Under the pieces are notes generated by a model. It had not been told where the DNA came from. It ran no database searches and saw only the letters and a program-made list of their open reading frames with translations. Shown here piece by piece: positions 18,866 through 29,796 of a stretch of 64,000 nt of DNA. This DNA comes from Sarea resinae. Its lineage: Eukaryota. The position numbers and the translations under genes were made by a program. The stretch lies in the NCBI GenBank assembly GCA_026026165.1, contig JAPEUD010000002.1, forward strand, positions 558,001 through 622,000, written 5' to 3'. The first letter of the stretch is position 1; each line of letters begins with the position of its first letter.

Positions 18866-18894
18866 ATATCGCCAAATATCGCCAAATATCGCCA
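18866..18894 (+). repeat. (ATATCGCCAA)x3 tandem 10-mer
   Basis: Three consecutive copies, the last one imperfect. Confidence 0.9.
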
Positions 18895-19405
18895 GAGGGG
18901 ATTGACCAGCTGTTTACGGTATTCGTTCTCCGTATTACGTAGCCTAGTAGCGGAGCTTCGTATTTGTGTTCTTCACCAAGGTACGAGTAGATGTTCGACT
19001 CGAGGACTCGGGGTTTCGACTCCGCTGCCAGTAATGATACCAGTGTTCGCTATACACCTTTCGTCGTTGGTAAGACGACGGGAGTCTTTATTCTAGCTTT
19101 GGATTGACTTGAAAATGGAACCTTGCTGTGCCGAGTGGGTGCGCAAGTAATACTTACGATGTGAGTGGTATTGAAGCTTACCTAGTAGGCCAGGTACTTC
19201 CAGTCCTCTTTAGCCTCAACCGCCTACCGGTATCGTGAGCTGAGGCGCAGCACACGAACACAGCCGGGCAGCTGCTTCCAAGTCTCAACCATCGCATCTA
19301 CACCTTTTTCCGCTACGGTTCACGCATCGCCTTTACATCTATTCAGTTGATCTCGCTCTTGATCTCTTCATTGTTTAGACTGTCTCGAGTGTTTGCCGCG
19401 TCGCA

Positions 19406-21267
19406 ATGGCCTCGGAAAAGGCCGATCACCCCCAACCCAATGGGCATCCTGCTGGAAAAGAGCCCGCGGATGGACCGGCGGCAGAATCGTCCGAGAAGAA
19501 TGGCAAAGATGGCAAACAGGGCGCCTCAAAGCTCAAGACGCTCAAAAAGCCAGAATTGCCAAAGAAGGACAAGCCGCCAGCCGGGGGCTTCGACGACACT
19601 CCCGTTCCTTCTGCACCACCCGGCTACACCATCAAGTTTACCTTTCACCGAGCGAGTAATCTGCCCATGGCGGATATCAATTCGCTCTCCTCGGATCCTT
19701 TTGTCCTGGCGCAAATCAACACCAGCTTGCCCACCAGACACAAGGAAGACCCACATCTGCGGTTCCGCATGCCGACCAAGAGAAGGACGACAAATCCGGA
19801 GTGGGAAGAGTCCTGGATAGTGGCTAATATCCCCGCGGATGGCTTCAAGCTCAAGGCGAGAATCTACGATGAGGACCCAGCAGACCACGACGACCGATTA
19901 GGCAATGTACATGTTCACGTTGATAACATCAGTGAGAGCTGGCCTGGGATCCATGACGAGGCATTCCAGATCAAGAAACGTTCTGGGAGTAAGAGAGCAT
20001 ACTTCATCCGAGGCTGCGCCGCATTGTTTACGAAAGGCTTACACATGAGCGGCGACCTGATTCTCAGCGCCGAGGTCTTGGGCCGAACAGAAGGTGAAGG
20101 CGGTCGCGCTTATACCGTTGGCCCATGCAATTGGACCAAGCATTTCTCTCCTCTCCTAGGTAGGATGGGCGGTATCAAAAGCCCGAGTGATGGAAAAGGT
20201 GGGGTCGAAAGTTACAAGTGAGCCTTGCGCCTTGTCAAGGCTTTCTATCTGTTATATGTTTGCGCTAACCCCAACTCACTATCAGCTTCCAAGCCAACCA
20301 ATTCCAACTGCAGGGCCCCGTCCCAGCCAAGCTCTATCACCGTTACGTAGAGTTCAAGCCCTTTGTAGCAGGCATGTTCACGACCAAGGGTCTGCGCGGC
20401 AGAATCCTCCATGGCGCGCTGCACCACCAACACGCCCGTGTCTACAATTACGACCGCACGACCGTATATGGCTCTTTCCCCTCCCCCTCCACAGAAATGT
20501 CCCAGAAATTCCTCGATCTCGTCCATTATGACCAGGGCGGTCGCATCTTCACCTACGTCCTGACGTTGGACGCTCAACTGCGCTTCACGGAGACAGGCAA
20601 AGAATTCGGCGTCGATTTGCTCAGCAAACACACCATGCATTCTGACGTAAGCATCTATATCGCCTTTAGCGGCGAATTCTTCATCCGCCGTCTCAGACAC
20701 AAAGACCGGTCCCCCTCCGACCCCACGAACGCTTCTCACCCGCCCGAGGACATCCCTGACGGCCCCCCGGCCGACGAGCCGCCCCGTGATCCTTCAGACT
20801 ACGAGCTCATCATCGACAACGACAGCGGCACCTACCGGCCCAACGCCGCTCTCCTGCCCGACCTGCGCGCCTTCCTCTCCCGAAACTTGCCGGGCCTTAA
20901 AATCGTCACGCTCGACTGCAACGGCGACAAGGACCGCATGGACAAGCTGAAGCAAGAACAGCGCGATCTGAAGAAGAAGGAGGGCGACCAGCGACTCTTC
21001 GTCCAGGGCGACCGGGGCAGTCTCTCGAGCTCCGACGAGGAGGAGCTGGCTGCTTTGGAGGCGGGCGGCGAGAGGAAGGAAAAGGGCGTCTTTGAGCAGG
21101 GCATCAGCACTGCGATGGAGGACCAGAAAAGGCGCGTGCAGAGATGGAAGGAGGGCGATCACTTGCCGGACGGGTTTCTTGGTCACAACAGCGGGGGCGG
21201 ACCCGGGAACGGCGAGGGCGCGGCGGGGAACGGCGCTGGCTCTTCGTCGGCTACGGGGGGGAATTGA
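19406..21267 (+). CDS. C2-domain-containing protein of unknown function, 2 exons
   Basis: C2 motifs FHRASNLPMAD..SSDPFV, NPEWEE, IYDEDPADHDDRLG; intron GTGAGC..CTAAC..CAG; C-terminal KHTMHSDV, IDNDSGTYRP. Confidence 0.88.
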
Positions 21268-21937
21268 AGCGCTCTGCCATGTTCCAGTTCTGCCACGTCT
21301 CTGAATTTATTTATTTTTTTCTTCATCTACTTCATGTCCCGCGATGAGAGAGGCGCCCCCCCCCCTGGGTGGATCTGCTGGTTTCTTTTCTGCTGTATGT
21401 CTGAATACCTACGTGACCCTGTTTTTTCTCTTTTCTTCAATATCCTCTTGCGGCCATCTTAAACCACTTGCGGCTATCTACCTTACCTACCCACCCAGCT
21501 ACGTCTTATATATATTCGTTTAATACCACCTATATCTTCACATCATCATCGGAGGGAGTGGGTGAGTGATTGTCAGTAAATAGCACATGGCTCCTAGGAT
21601 CGCGGTCGCGGTGGTGGTGGCCGGGTTGACGTGACTATGTATGTGTGTGTGTCTAGGTGTGTCTGTGTATATCGCCCACCTACCTGTCTTAGATGAGAAT
21701 GAAAAGAATGAAAAGAACAGACGAAAAGAACCAAAGGAACAAAAAGAAGAACGGACGAGGAGCAGCAGAGAAGAGAAGAGAAGAGACGAGAAGCTAAATT
21801 ATCGTTCTAACGATTACATACTAAAGAAGCTGGATCATGTACAGAGCGCAAAGGAATTTTCCTTTCGGAAAAATATTTAACAATTGGTTTTGGGTGATGG
21901 GGGGTATTCTTTATCTTATATTATATTACAGGGCTGA

Positions 21938-22046
21938 GTAAGAAGAAGTAAGAAGTAAGAAGTAAGAAGAACAAAAAGGGAGTAGGGAAAATTACGGGGG
22001 CTTGATGATGAGGCTACTTGGGTAGGTAGGTAGGTAGGTAGGTAGG
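21938..22046 (+). repeat. (AAGTAAG)n and (GGTA)n short tandem repeats between the C2 and CFEM genes
   Basis: Read directly from the sequence. Confidence 0.85.
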
Positions 22047-22315
22047 TGTTGGATTGAATAGGGGGGAAATGTGGATGTTTTTTTGGTGTTGGGGCTATGC
22101 TGGGGTTACCGCTGGGGGCTACGCTATCCCGTCCTTGTTGGCATCTTCTCGTCCTGATCGTCTTTTCGTGGTGCTGTCGTCTCTCCGTCCGTCTCTCCTA
22201 CGGTCTGTCTCCCCATCTGTCTCTCTCTCTTACGGCCTGTTTGTCTGCCCCCCCGTCTCCCCGTCCCTCTGTACCTAGATCTCACTCATCAACCCCTCGT
22301 AACTCCCTCGTCCGC

Positions 22316-23418
22316 TCATAGCAGCGCCACAGCCAGCGCGACACAGACGACAAACAAGAGCGCCTCGTGGAGACGTGGCAGGTGTAGCGGAAGATTTGTG
22401 GCGTCGCTTTTGCTGGCCGAGGATGCGGTGGCGCTTGCTGCTGTTGCTGTTGTGCTTGCTGTTGCTGTTGTTGTAGGGGGGTTGTTAGTTTTGTGTTGTT
22501 GGTGGTTGCGTGGGGTGGGGTGTTTTGGGGGAAAAGGGGGAAACGGATGGAGGGATGGGGGAAAAAAGGGGGAGAGGGGAGTGGGTGGGTATTTCGCTCG
22601 GAGACGGCAAGTATGTGCGAAGAGGGTAAATGGGAAACGTGACGTACCACTGCCAGTGCCAGACATCGCGGTGCCCGTGGACGAGGTCCCCGACGACATG
22701 GAGCCGGCCGCGGTGCTTGCGCTGCTGGCCGAAGCGCCCGAGCCCGAGGCAGAGGCGTCCGTGGCCGTGGACGTGCTGTTTGCTGCCTCGCTGCTCATGG
22801 AGGCTGCTGTGCCGGACGACGTTGCCGTGTTGGAGGCGCTGCTGGCGCAGGTGGCGGTTGTGGGCAGGCTTACATCTACGCTGTAGTGTTGGAGGGCAAT
22901 GGCTTAGTCTCAGAGGTTGAGAAAGGGGTGAAAGAAAGATGGATGAGGACAGGGAGAGAGAAAAAAAGACGAACGTCTCGCAGAGCTGGCTGGCCCATGT
23001 GATGGTTGCTATGAAGAGAAGTCAGACGTTAGCAAAGAGTCCGGATTCGTTCTGTGGTCGAGGTCTGTCGGCGAGGAAGTGTCTGTCGTGTTTACCTTTC
23101 TGGTCGGCCGCCGAACAGCTGTCGGCGATGCAGCATGAGAGGTTGCTGATCAGGTCTTTGTTGGAGCAGATGCATTTGACGTCAAAGGTGCTGCAGCCGC
23201 CAAAGGAACTGCCCACGCATGTTTGCTGCGTAGAGAGGTCAGTGCTGGAGAACTTGAGGAGCAGATAATCGTTCCATGGACTCGTTTTGGTCCTAGCTTG
23301 TGTGATGTGGGGGTAGGGGAAGGGATCTTCTTACGGCACATGAGGGGAGACCTGAGAGACTCTGGGCGACGGAGAGGGTGGCACAAGTGGCCAGGATGGC
23401 GAAGATGACGGACTTCAT
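22316..23418 (-). CDS. CFEM-domain, Ser/Thr-rich, probably GPI-anchored cell-surface protein, 5 exons
   Basis: Signal peptide MKSVIFAILATCATLSVAQ; CFEM cysteine pattern LPSCAQTC..GCSTFDVKCIC..LSCCIADSC..QLC; S/T/A stalk; hydrophobic C-terminus ALLFVVCVALAVALL. Confidence 0.88.
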
Positions 23419-24726
23419 AGTGAAGCAGAGATGAGAGGATCGATAGAAGGAATGCTTGGAAAGAGAAGAAATGGACTGAAGTCTTCAAGAGATAGAGAGA
23501 GTAAAAGCTTGGTGGGGTAGATAGCTGAAGACAGACTGAGGTGGCTAGGGCGAACTCATAGAGTCACGACAGCATGATCGTTCAGACAGCAAACAATTCG
23601 AGCCTGGAAGGGGATGAGTAGCAGGCAGGGCATCTTATAATATGTCTATCTAGGCACAGAGTATACTGTATTGCCTTCGTACTCCCCACCCCGCATGAAA
23701 GGGGTCGAAGGTCCATTGATGCATCCATCCATGCCGCATTGCCCTGGCCTGGCTTGCCCTGGCCGGGAACGACGATAAAGATAGCCTGAGGGGCTTACCT
23801 CGTGTCACACAGGCCCATGGCGTGGCCGAGTCAAAGAAGAAGAACAGGATAGAAGGGGGAAAGAGAGATGGAGCGAAAGCTGTGGGCAGAGGTTGAATCA
23901 AGGGAGCAACATTGAAGCGCCATGGTGATGGACCGGGTGTGTTGATGCATCGTGCGCTCAACCGAGTCCATGCATGTCATGGATGCTCCCCAATGAGACG
24001 ACGCCGTGCCCAGCCATTGTCTATTGTCTTCGCATAGACGCCGAGGACTCTCCACCACGCAGGCACGAGAGACGAGAGGAGACAGGAGACCACAATACGA
24101 AGAAGTGGAAGTGGAAGTACTTCCCGTCTACGGCGACGGAGAACAATAGCAGCCAGACGGCGCCCAACAGTGTCCGAATCGACCATGGCCGTTGCCAAAT
24201 GGCCTGGAAGCGAGTTCAACAATGAGATGCCATTAATCATCGTGGATTGACTACTTTGTACTTCGTACGGGCTACGATGAGAGTGACGGGGACAGACTCT
24301 GAAACCGACAAACATGGGCTGCCACATTCCTCGGTGCTGGGCCAGTGAGAGGGTCGATCGTCAGCCGGTGGCGGAGGGCGGGGCGGGAAGGGAACCAAGA
24401 GCGTTTGCTCTGTTCGGAGCACGAAGGCGTGTAACGGTCCCTCGAGTGGATGCCTGCGTGGTAGCACATGCTGCTATGCTACACGGCAATGGGGGGTGTC
24501 TGCGATGCTTCTCTAGATACGAGATGCGAGATGCGAGATGCTAGATCCAAACCAGAAGACATATCACCGTCTAGCCCTGCCCACCGTTCTCTTTGACCCT
24601 CATCCCACCCGGCGCTGCCCCAACAATGCAAAGTAATGAGATGCGATATAGTCCGTATGGTCAGGCTCCTTGCTCCGTCACAGCTGTCAGTGCCGGCCAA
24701 GCCGTGCAGACTAGAACTCCTTGATC

Positions 24727-26992
24727 ATGGCGTTGGGCATTCTGGACGACAGGAAGTTGCCCCACGTTCCAGGTGAGTCCAGTTCTCTGTAGTGCCTCAG
24801 AGAGAGCTCTGATCGCAGAAAAAGGAACGGTGCGGCTCGATGGAGACCGACAAGATGAAAGTCACTGCAGCACGCCCCTCGACGAGCAGCTGAAATACGA
24901 CACCAGCGGGCCTGTTCCCGTCATTTTGGTGCCGCAGCCCAGCAACGATCCTAATGACCCTCTGGTATGGCACCGCTGCCAGCATCCATCTGCTTTGATT
25001 CTGATGGCGCTCCCTGTTATAGAACTGGCCGTTATGGAGGCGCGATGTCATTCTTCTCATCCTTTCCACCGTCTCCGTCATAGCCTCCACGTTGAGTCCC
25101 CTGCTCGCCGCCAACACCATCACCCTGTCCCTCTATCTACGGAGAACTTTCACAGACACCGCTCTACTCACTGGCTACCATCTCTGTGGCGTTGGCGTGG
25201 CAGGACTCCTGTTCACGGCGTCGGCGAGGGTATGGGGGAAACGTCACCTTTACTTGCTGGGCACTGTTCTCCTGATCGTCAGCGGAGCCTGGGGAGGCGC
25301 TAGCGGCCACAGCTACAAGAGCCTTCTCTGGGCGCGGATCATCCAGGGCGTGGCTTTAGCACCGTTCGAGGGGCTGGTCAATGCCAGCGTGGGCGATCTC
25401 TATTTCGTGCATGTCAGTGTTCTTGTTTCTTTTCCGTCCTGGCGAGGAGGCCCGCTGATCGAGAGGCCAGGAGCGAGGCAAGCGGATGGCACTTTCGAAC
25501 CTGTGTCTTTTCGGTGGTGCCTTTTTCACGCCTGTCATCGTGGGCAAGATGACACATTCGATCGGCTGGCAATGGACTTTCTATTTCATCGCCATCTTCT
25601 CGGCGGCCCTCTTGCCATTTGTGATCTTTTTCGTCCCAGAGACCGCCTACAGACGGGCTGCACACCTGAATACGGATTTCTTTGCGAACGGCAAGTCCCT
25701 GAAAGATCATGAAAATCAGACAACCTCGGTGCGTCACGATATTAACGGCGATGAGTTGCTATGCATATCGCATGATACAGACGGCAGTGGCTCGGCCGAG
25801 AAACAGCCGGGAGATGCAGAGGTTGGCAGTGTGGACCAGACAGCACCACCGCTCAAAGTGAGCTTTGCAAAGAGCTTACTACCATTCAACGGCCGAAAGA
25901 CGGACGAGAGCTTCTTCAAGCTGCTACTTCGACCATTGCCCCTTTTCTTCCATCCGGCCATCTTCTGGGTGAGTAAGAAATCTTCGGGAGCACAATCCTT
26001 TGGCAACCGACTAAATCTTCCTCATCTCAGGGCTGCCTCATTCAAGGAACCCTAATCGGCTGGACCGTCCTGATCGGCGTGGTTCTCGCCGCCATCTTCC
26101 TCGGCCCGCCCCTCTTCTTCACCGAAGTCAAAACGGGCTACATGTACACGGGCGCCTTCATCGGCGCCGTCCTGGGCTTTCTCCTCGCGGGTTTGCTTGC
26201 TGACTACTCTGCGCGCCTCATGACGCGCCGCAACAAGGGCGTCTACGAGCCCGAATTCCGCATTGTGCTCGTGATTCCGCAGCTCGCGCTGGGGGCAGCG
26301 GGGCTGTACGGCTTCGGGATCGTGGGCGCGGACGTTGAGAAGTATGGCTGGTTCTGGCCCGAGTTCTTCTTCGCGCTCGAGGTCATGGGCATGGTGCTGG
26401 GGGCGGTGGCGAGTGCGTTGTATATTGTGGATGCGCATCGTATGTCATTCACCCCTTTTCTCGTCACTCACTGATTGGTTTGCCGTGACTTTGTCTTGTA
26501 GGCGACATTTCCGTCGAGGCTTTTACGTGCATGCTCGTGTTCAAAAACATGTTCAGCTTCGGCCTCACGTGGGGCGCCTACGACTGGCTCCGCGACATTG
26601 GCATCCGGAAGCTTTTCTATATTGTGGCTAGTATCCAGGTCGGCGTGTGTCTGCTGAGTATTCCTATGTGTGCGTCGCGTCCCTCTTTCTGTTTCCATTT
26701 CCCGTTGTTCTCTGTATCTTTTCCTTTAATTCTTTCTCTTGCCCTCTTTCAGCAAACAAATGCACATATCACCCGACTTCATGCCTGAAAGGCCTCCCAG
26801 CCTCCTCACTCCTTACTATCCTACCCACCTACTCTCCTACCCTCCTACCCACCTACCCAACTAGCTGAACACCTCAGGAAAGAACCGCCTCACTAACTGT
26901 CCACCGAAATCGCCCACACAGACATCCTCGGCAAACGCAACCGATCCTTTTTCTACCGACACGATATCCTCAAAGGAACGCACCTCTCCTGA
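24727..26992 (+). CDS. Major facilitator superfamily transporter (DHA1/Hol1-like), 7 exons
   Basis: MALGILDD start; LVPQPSNDPNDPL|NWP; WGKRHLYL; VGDLYFVH|ERGKRM; FVPETAY; YEPEFRI; last exon YILGKRNRSFF..; TGA at 26990-26992. Confidence 0.9.
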
Positions 26993-27739
26993 AACCTCCC
27001 TCTGTCTTGAAAAAGAAACTAAAAAAAAAGGAATATCTACCGACCGACTGGACCTTGAACCCAACTCAACTCGGGAGCGCACAGACAGACAAAACAAATT
27101 AACATCCACCTTCTGGCTTATGAAATCTGTACCACACCTTGATAGTACATGCCTCCACTCGACACACCCCACATAACGTCTCTGTTCCTCAGGTGAAGGG
27201 ACGGGAAATGTTTTCCCCTTTTCTCACGCTCTCTATCCTTTGTATTCCATCTCTTCCTCTCTCTTCACTCATAGCTACGAAGATAATCAAGAGGCCTAAG
27301 CGACCAATCGCTGGGCTCATTCTACTCTCTCTAGCTCCCCTCTTCTTCTCCTCCTCTCTTCCCTCTCTTTTCCCACCTTCTATTTCTGCCTTTCCCCTCT
27401 CGGCCCTCGATACCACACCCTTTACTCCATTCCTCTCTCCTCTACTCTCCTCCTCTCTCCTCTCATCCTCTCTCATCCTCTCTCCTCCCCATCCCTCAAA
27501 ACAACACAAGACACCCCACAAACCACAGTACACGATAGCCCCCCCAACCAGCAATATCACAATATTACACTCGTACTAGCACGCACCAACCCCACCCAGC
27601 TCAACACGAAGGAAGCCAGAAGTTAGAAAGGTATAGCCTATCCAGCTCAATGCCCCACCACTTCTGTCAGCACGCCGGCCGGTCAGTAGAGATAGATAGA
27701 TAGATAGACAGACATCTAGACAGATAGACGCCAAGAGCC

Positions 27740-27800
27740 AAGTCGTGTCAAGTCGTGTCAAGTCGTGTCAAGTCGTGTCAAGTCAAGTCAAGTCAAGTCA
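27740..27800 (+). repeat. Compound tandem repeat (AAGTCGTGTC)4(AAGTC)4
   Basis: Read directly from the sequence. Confidence 0.9.
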
Positions 27801-27930
27801 GGTGTACAGCACAAGAGCAAGGGGTAAGGGCAAGGCACAAGGGCAAGAAGCAAGGCACAAGGGGTATAAGCGTTCATTTAATTTATCTATTTATTTGTTC
27901 AGTCTAGTTTAGTTCATTCTAGTTCATTTT

Positions 27931-27932
<2 letters not shown>

Positions 27933-27968
<36 letters not shown>
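27933..27968 (+). repeat. (CT)18 microsatellite
   Basis: Read directly from the sequence. Confidence 0.95.
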
Positions 27969-27971
<3 letters not shown>

Positions 27972-28375
27972 CCTACTACATATATCTATATCTACTATAA
28001 GTATATACCTCTATATCTCTATAGAGAGAGATAGTAACACAAACCTACTACTAGCTATTAGCTAAAGTAAAACTACTTTATACTTAAGGTAGACTAGCAG
28101 ACTACTTGCTACCTAGCTAGCAGGAGTTCTATAGTTCTTAAATACCTCTCTATTAATTAAATACAGCACTATCCACTTAGAGAGTAAATCGAAAAGAAGT
28201 AGGTCGATTAGCTAATCTATCTTCTGTTAACTATATATATACTCTATTAATTTACAGAGCAATTGATTTGAAATTGCTAGAAAACTAGCTAGACTGTTCG
28301 ACAATTTAGTCGATTAATTAGACACTATACTATAGAATCATGTAAGTCCACTAAGGTCTGTAGGATATTAGACTC
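27960..28375. other. AT-rich RIP-like degenerate repeat relic
   Basis: Abrupt AT-rich segment with abundant TpA, scarce CpA/TpG and stop codons throughout; flanked by CT-rich microsatellite tracts. Confidence 0.6.
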
Positions 28376-28517
28376 TCTCTTTTCCTCTTTCTCTGTCGTC
28401 CTTGTCTCTCTCTCTCTTTTCTCCTCTCCCTGTCTTCCTCTCTCTTCTTCTCTCTCTACAGACAACGATATCCCCCCCTTCCTCCTAAAAACCTACCTAC
28501 CTATCGACCTATCCCCT

Positions 28518-28562
28518 AGCCCAGCCCAGCCCAGCCCAGCCCAGCTCAGTCCAGCCCAGCCC
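28518..28562 (+). repeat. Imperfect (AGCCC)n pentanucleotide repeat
   Basis: Read directly from the sequence. Confidence 0.88.
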
Positions 28563-29796
28563 GAATCCCCAATACCAGACCGACTAACCGAGTGACTGAG
28601 TGGCCGACTGATTGACCTGTCTATAAAAACCAAACAGTGCATGAATTCCAGATTTCCAGATTTCCCGATTTCGGATTTCGGGTTTCGGGTTTGTAGGAGG
28701 TAGAAAAAGAGACCGAAAACAGAGACCGAAAACCGAAAACGGAAGACAGAAAACCGAAGCGGATGTGTCCATCTATCTATCTATCTCGTTTGCTTGCCTG
28801 CCTGCCTGCCTGCCCGCCTGTCTATCTACCTTACCTACTTACTCGCTCACTCACCTAACCGGCATAAACAAACGAAAACTCATTGAACAAGGGCTGACTT
28901 TCTCATGTGAACAAACGATGACGGTTCACACAACACATGAGCATGAGGAGATGAGATGATACCGTAATAAGCCTGCGGCGTCGAGGAAAGGCGTCCGAGC
29001 GGGAGAGCAAGCATCCACGACGACCTGACTCTCTCGACCATGTTACAATCACAGTCATAGTCACAATCACCATCACAATCATGCACAATCGCAATCAAGC
29101 ACACATACACACACACACACACACACATGTAAACCTTGTAAGGGGGTAAAAGGACCGGTAGTTCAGATAAACATCTAGAGTCGAGATGGGGATTTAGACT
29201 AGTAGCCTCGCTATGGTATCTCCACATCCGGCAGTGCTGCGAGAGACAGACAGAGAGACAGTGATAGGGATCGGCGCATGCACAACACGTCGCCAGAAGT
29301 CGACACCGATCTGTAGCACAAGGGGGCAATCGCAGGCTACGCAAGCTTGCACGTATGTAACAAGAGCGGATCGACCGTGACGGCCAGTCCACAAACGAAG
29401 AACGTAGCCGGTGAGCAGCCAGTCCAGCGCCATAGTTTGACCAATCAATCGCCTCGATGCACACAGCGCGCAACCCACGAACCTTGCGGATCGGTTGACA
29501 GGCTGAGATCGATATCGTGGGGGATTGGGGGAAAAAAACAACACAACAGGAAAAAGTTCACGTGAATCAAGGAAAACATGACAATCGTTTGAGAAAAGGG
29601 AGAAATCAAATCCACCGCTAGTTGTATTCGGCAAACTGCGTTGCTTTTCAAAACCGATTTCTGGCTCCAGATCTGCCCATCCCTCATTTCCGCCTAGCAT
29701 ACCCAGCAAATTAGCCAGTCATAGATTCCAGCGAAATCGACGACGAGGGTATGTTGCAGATGAGATAGACGCCAAATCTCTGACCATCTTGGAAGA

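Noticed and set aside
18866..18894. Direct repeats as a possible CRISPR or iteron array
   Set aside because: Contiguous 10-mers with no spacers, eukaryotic context, no cas genes.
28160..28362. TA-CAG...CTG-TA ends suggesting a Tc1/mariner MITE
   Set aside because: Complementarity does not extend beyond a few bases, so no TIR can be supported.
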